The position numbers and the translations under genes are program-made. From positions 1-26,690 of IMG/VR virus record IMGVR_UViG_3300049187_000061: 26,690 bases of DNA. The stretch is one strand, 5' to 3'. This document shows positions 26,259 to 26,690 of this stretch, one piece after another (position 1 is the stretch's first letter; each line of letters opens with the position of its first letter). Under the pieces are notes generated by a model. That model saw only the letters and a list, made by a program, of their open reading frames with translations, did no database searches and was not told the DNA's origin. The stretch comes from a virus (Duplodnaviria > Caudoviricetes).

Positions 26259-26332
26259 GGGCCGTTAGGTTAACTGGTAAACCAGGTGTCCTCCCCAGGC
26301 GCCAAATGTCGGTCCGAACCCGACACGGTCCA
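26259..26332 (+). tRNA. Atypical tRNA-like gene: CCC anticodon, Ala-type acceptor stem
   Basis: Acceptor GGGCCGT/ACGGTCC-A; D arm GGTT-AACTGGTA-AACC; 6-bp anticodon stem GGTGTC/GGCGCC with loop CTCCCCA; T arm GTCGG-TCCGAAC-CCGAC; followed by CCT. Confidence 0.7.
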
Positions 26333-26446
26333 CCTTTAAACAATACTCGATTCCAACGAATCCGGCAATACAAAGGATGGTGATTATGCTAAATGCCATG
26401 CCGCCCCTCGCGTAGGCGCGTGAGTTCGGCGGGATACAAATAAGAC

Positions 26447-26490
26447 GGCCCCCGGTAGATTTATGCCTTGCGAGCGGTCTACCGGGGGCC
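26447..26490. other. 13-bp perfect hairpin between the two tRNA-like genes
   Basis: GGCCCCCGGTAGA...TCTACCGGGGGCC plus two G.U pairs on the plus strand. Confidence 0.75.
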
Positions 26491-26517
26491 CAGCCTGTTA
26501 CAGCCCGAGAAGTGTTC

Positions 26518-26585
26518 GGGGGTAGCTTGGTGCAGGCGAGGGCTCTAGATCCGTCCGCCCGGCGGTTCGAATCCGCCTACCTCCA
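26518..26585 (+). tRNA. Atypical compact tRNA-like gene: CUA (amber) anticodon, Ala-type acceptor stem
   Basis: Acceptor GGGGGTA/TACCTCC-A; D arm GCTT-GGTGC-AGGC with no connector; bulged anticodon stem GAGGG/TCCGTC with loop CTCTAGA; canonical T arm GGCGG-TTCGAAT-CCGCC; followed by GCA. Confidence 0.65.
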
Positions 26586-26690
26586 GCACTTTTCGTATCC
26601 AACAATTTATCCGATTTCGCTCCAGATTGCAACGCTCCAAATCCACGCCATTAAAACCCGCCTCCCGGGGAGGTCTAGGGGGTGGGGGTC

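Noticed and set aside
26259-26588. tmRNA (Ala identity plus an internal short ORF)
   Set aside because: Each element closes its own acceptor stem and has an anticodon arm; the mini-ORF has its own ATG and lacks a typical tag ending in AA.
26518-26590. attL/attR remnant of a host tRNA
   Set aside because: The 5' strand pairs fully with the 3' strand and flanks, no second copy or integrase is in the window; cannot be excluded without flanking sequence.
1-26690. C-runs at the window start (ACCCCCAAGCACCCCC) roughly complement G-runs at the end (GGGGGTGGGGGTC), suggesting terminal inverted repeats or a circular junction
   Set aside because: Short, low-complexity and imperfect; window edges may be arbitrary, and no replication genes are present to support a complete genome.

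Overview
A GC-rich, nearly all plus-strand morphogenesis operon of a short-tailed (podovirus/P22-like architecture) dsDNA phage or prophage. Order: small and large terminase, holin-like and FmdB-type small genes, portal, scaffold, major capsid, decoration protein, a Maf/DUF115 (MptE-like) glycosyltransferase-family gene, DUF1353, repeat-rich virion proteins, head-tail adaptor, nozzle, four candidate ejection proteins, a beta-helix tailspike and a small lipoprotein. Two small antisense genes with their own sigma70-type promoters are inserted in the operon. The last 1 kb holds a 32-bp palindrome, a winged-HTH gene, a terminator and a densely structured non-coding region. That region contains two atypical tRNA-like cloverleaves, both with the alanine identity set (G1-C72, G2-C71, G3.U70, A73) but with CCC (Gly) and CUA (amber) anticodons. 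This pair, four in-frame TAG gene junctions and the capsid-linked Maf enzyme are the most interesting signals. I recognised no integrase, replication gene or endolysin. All family calls come from motif recognition and synteny by eye; no database search was run.
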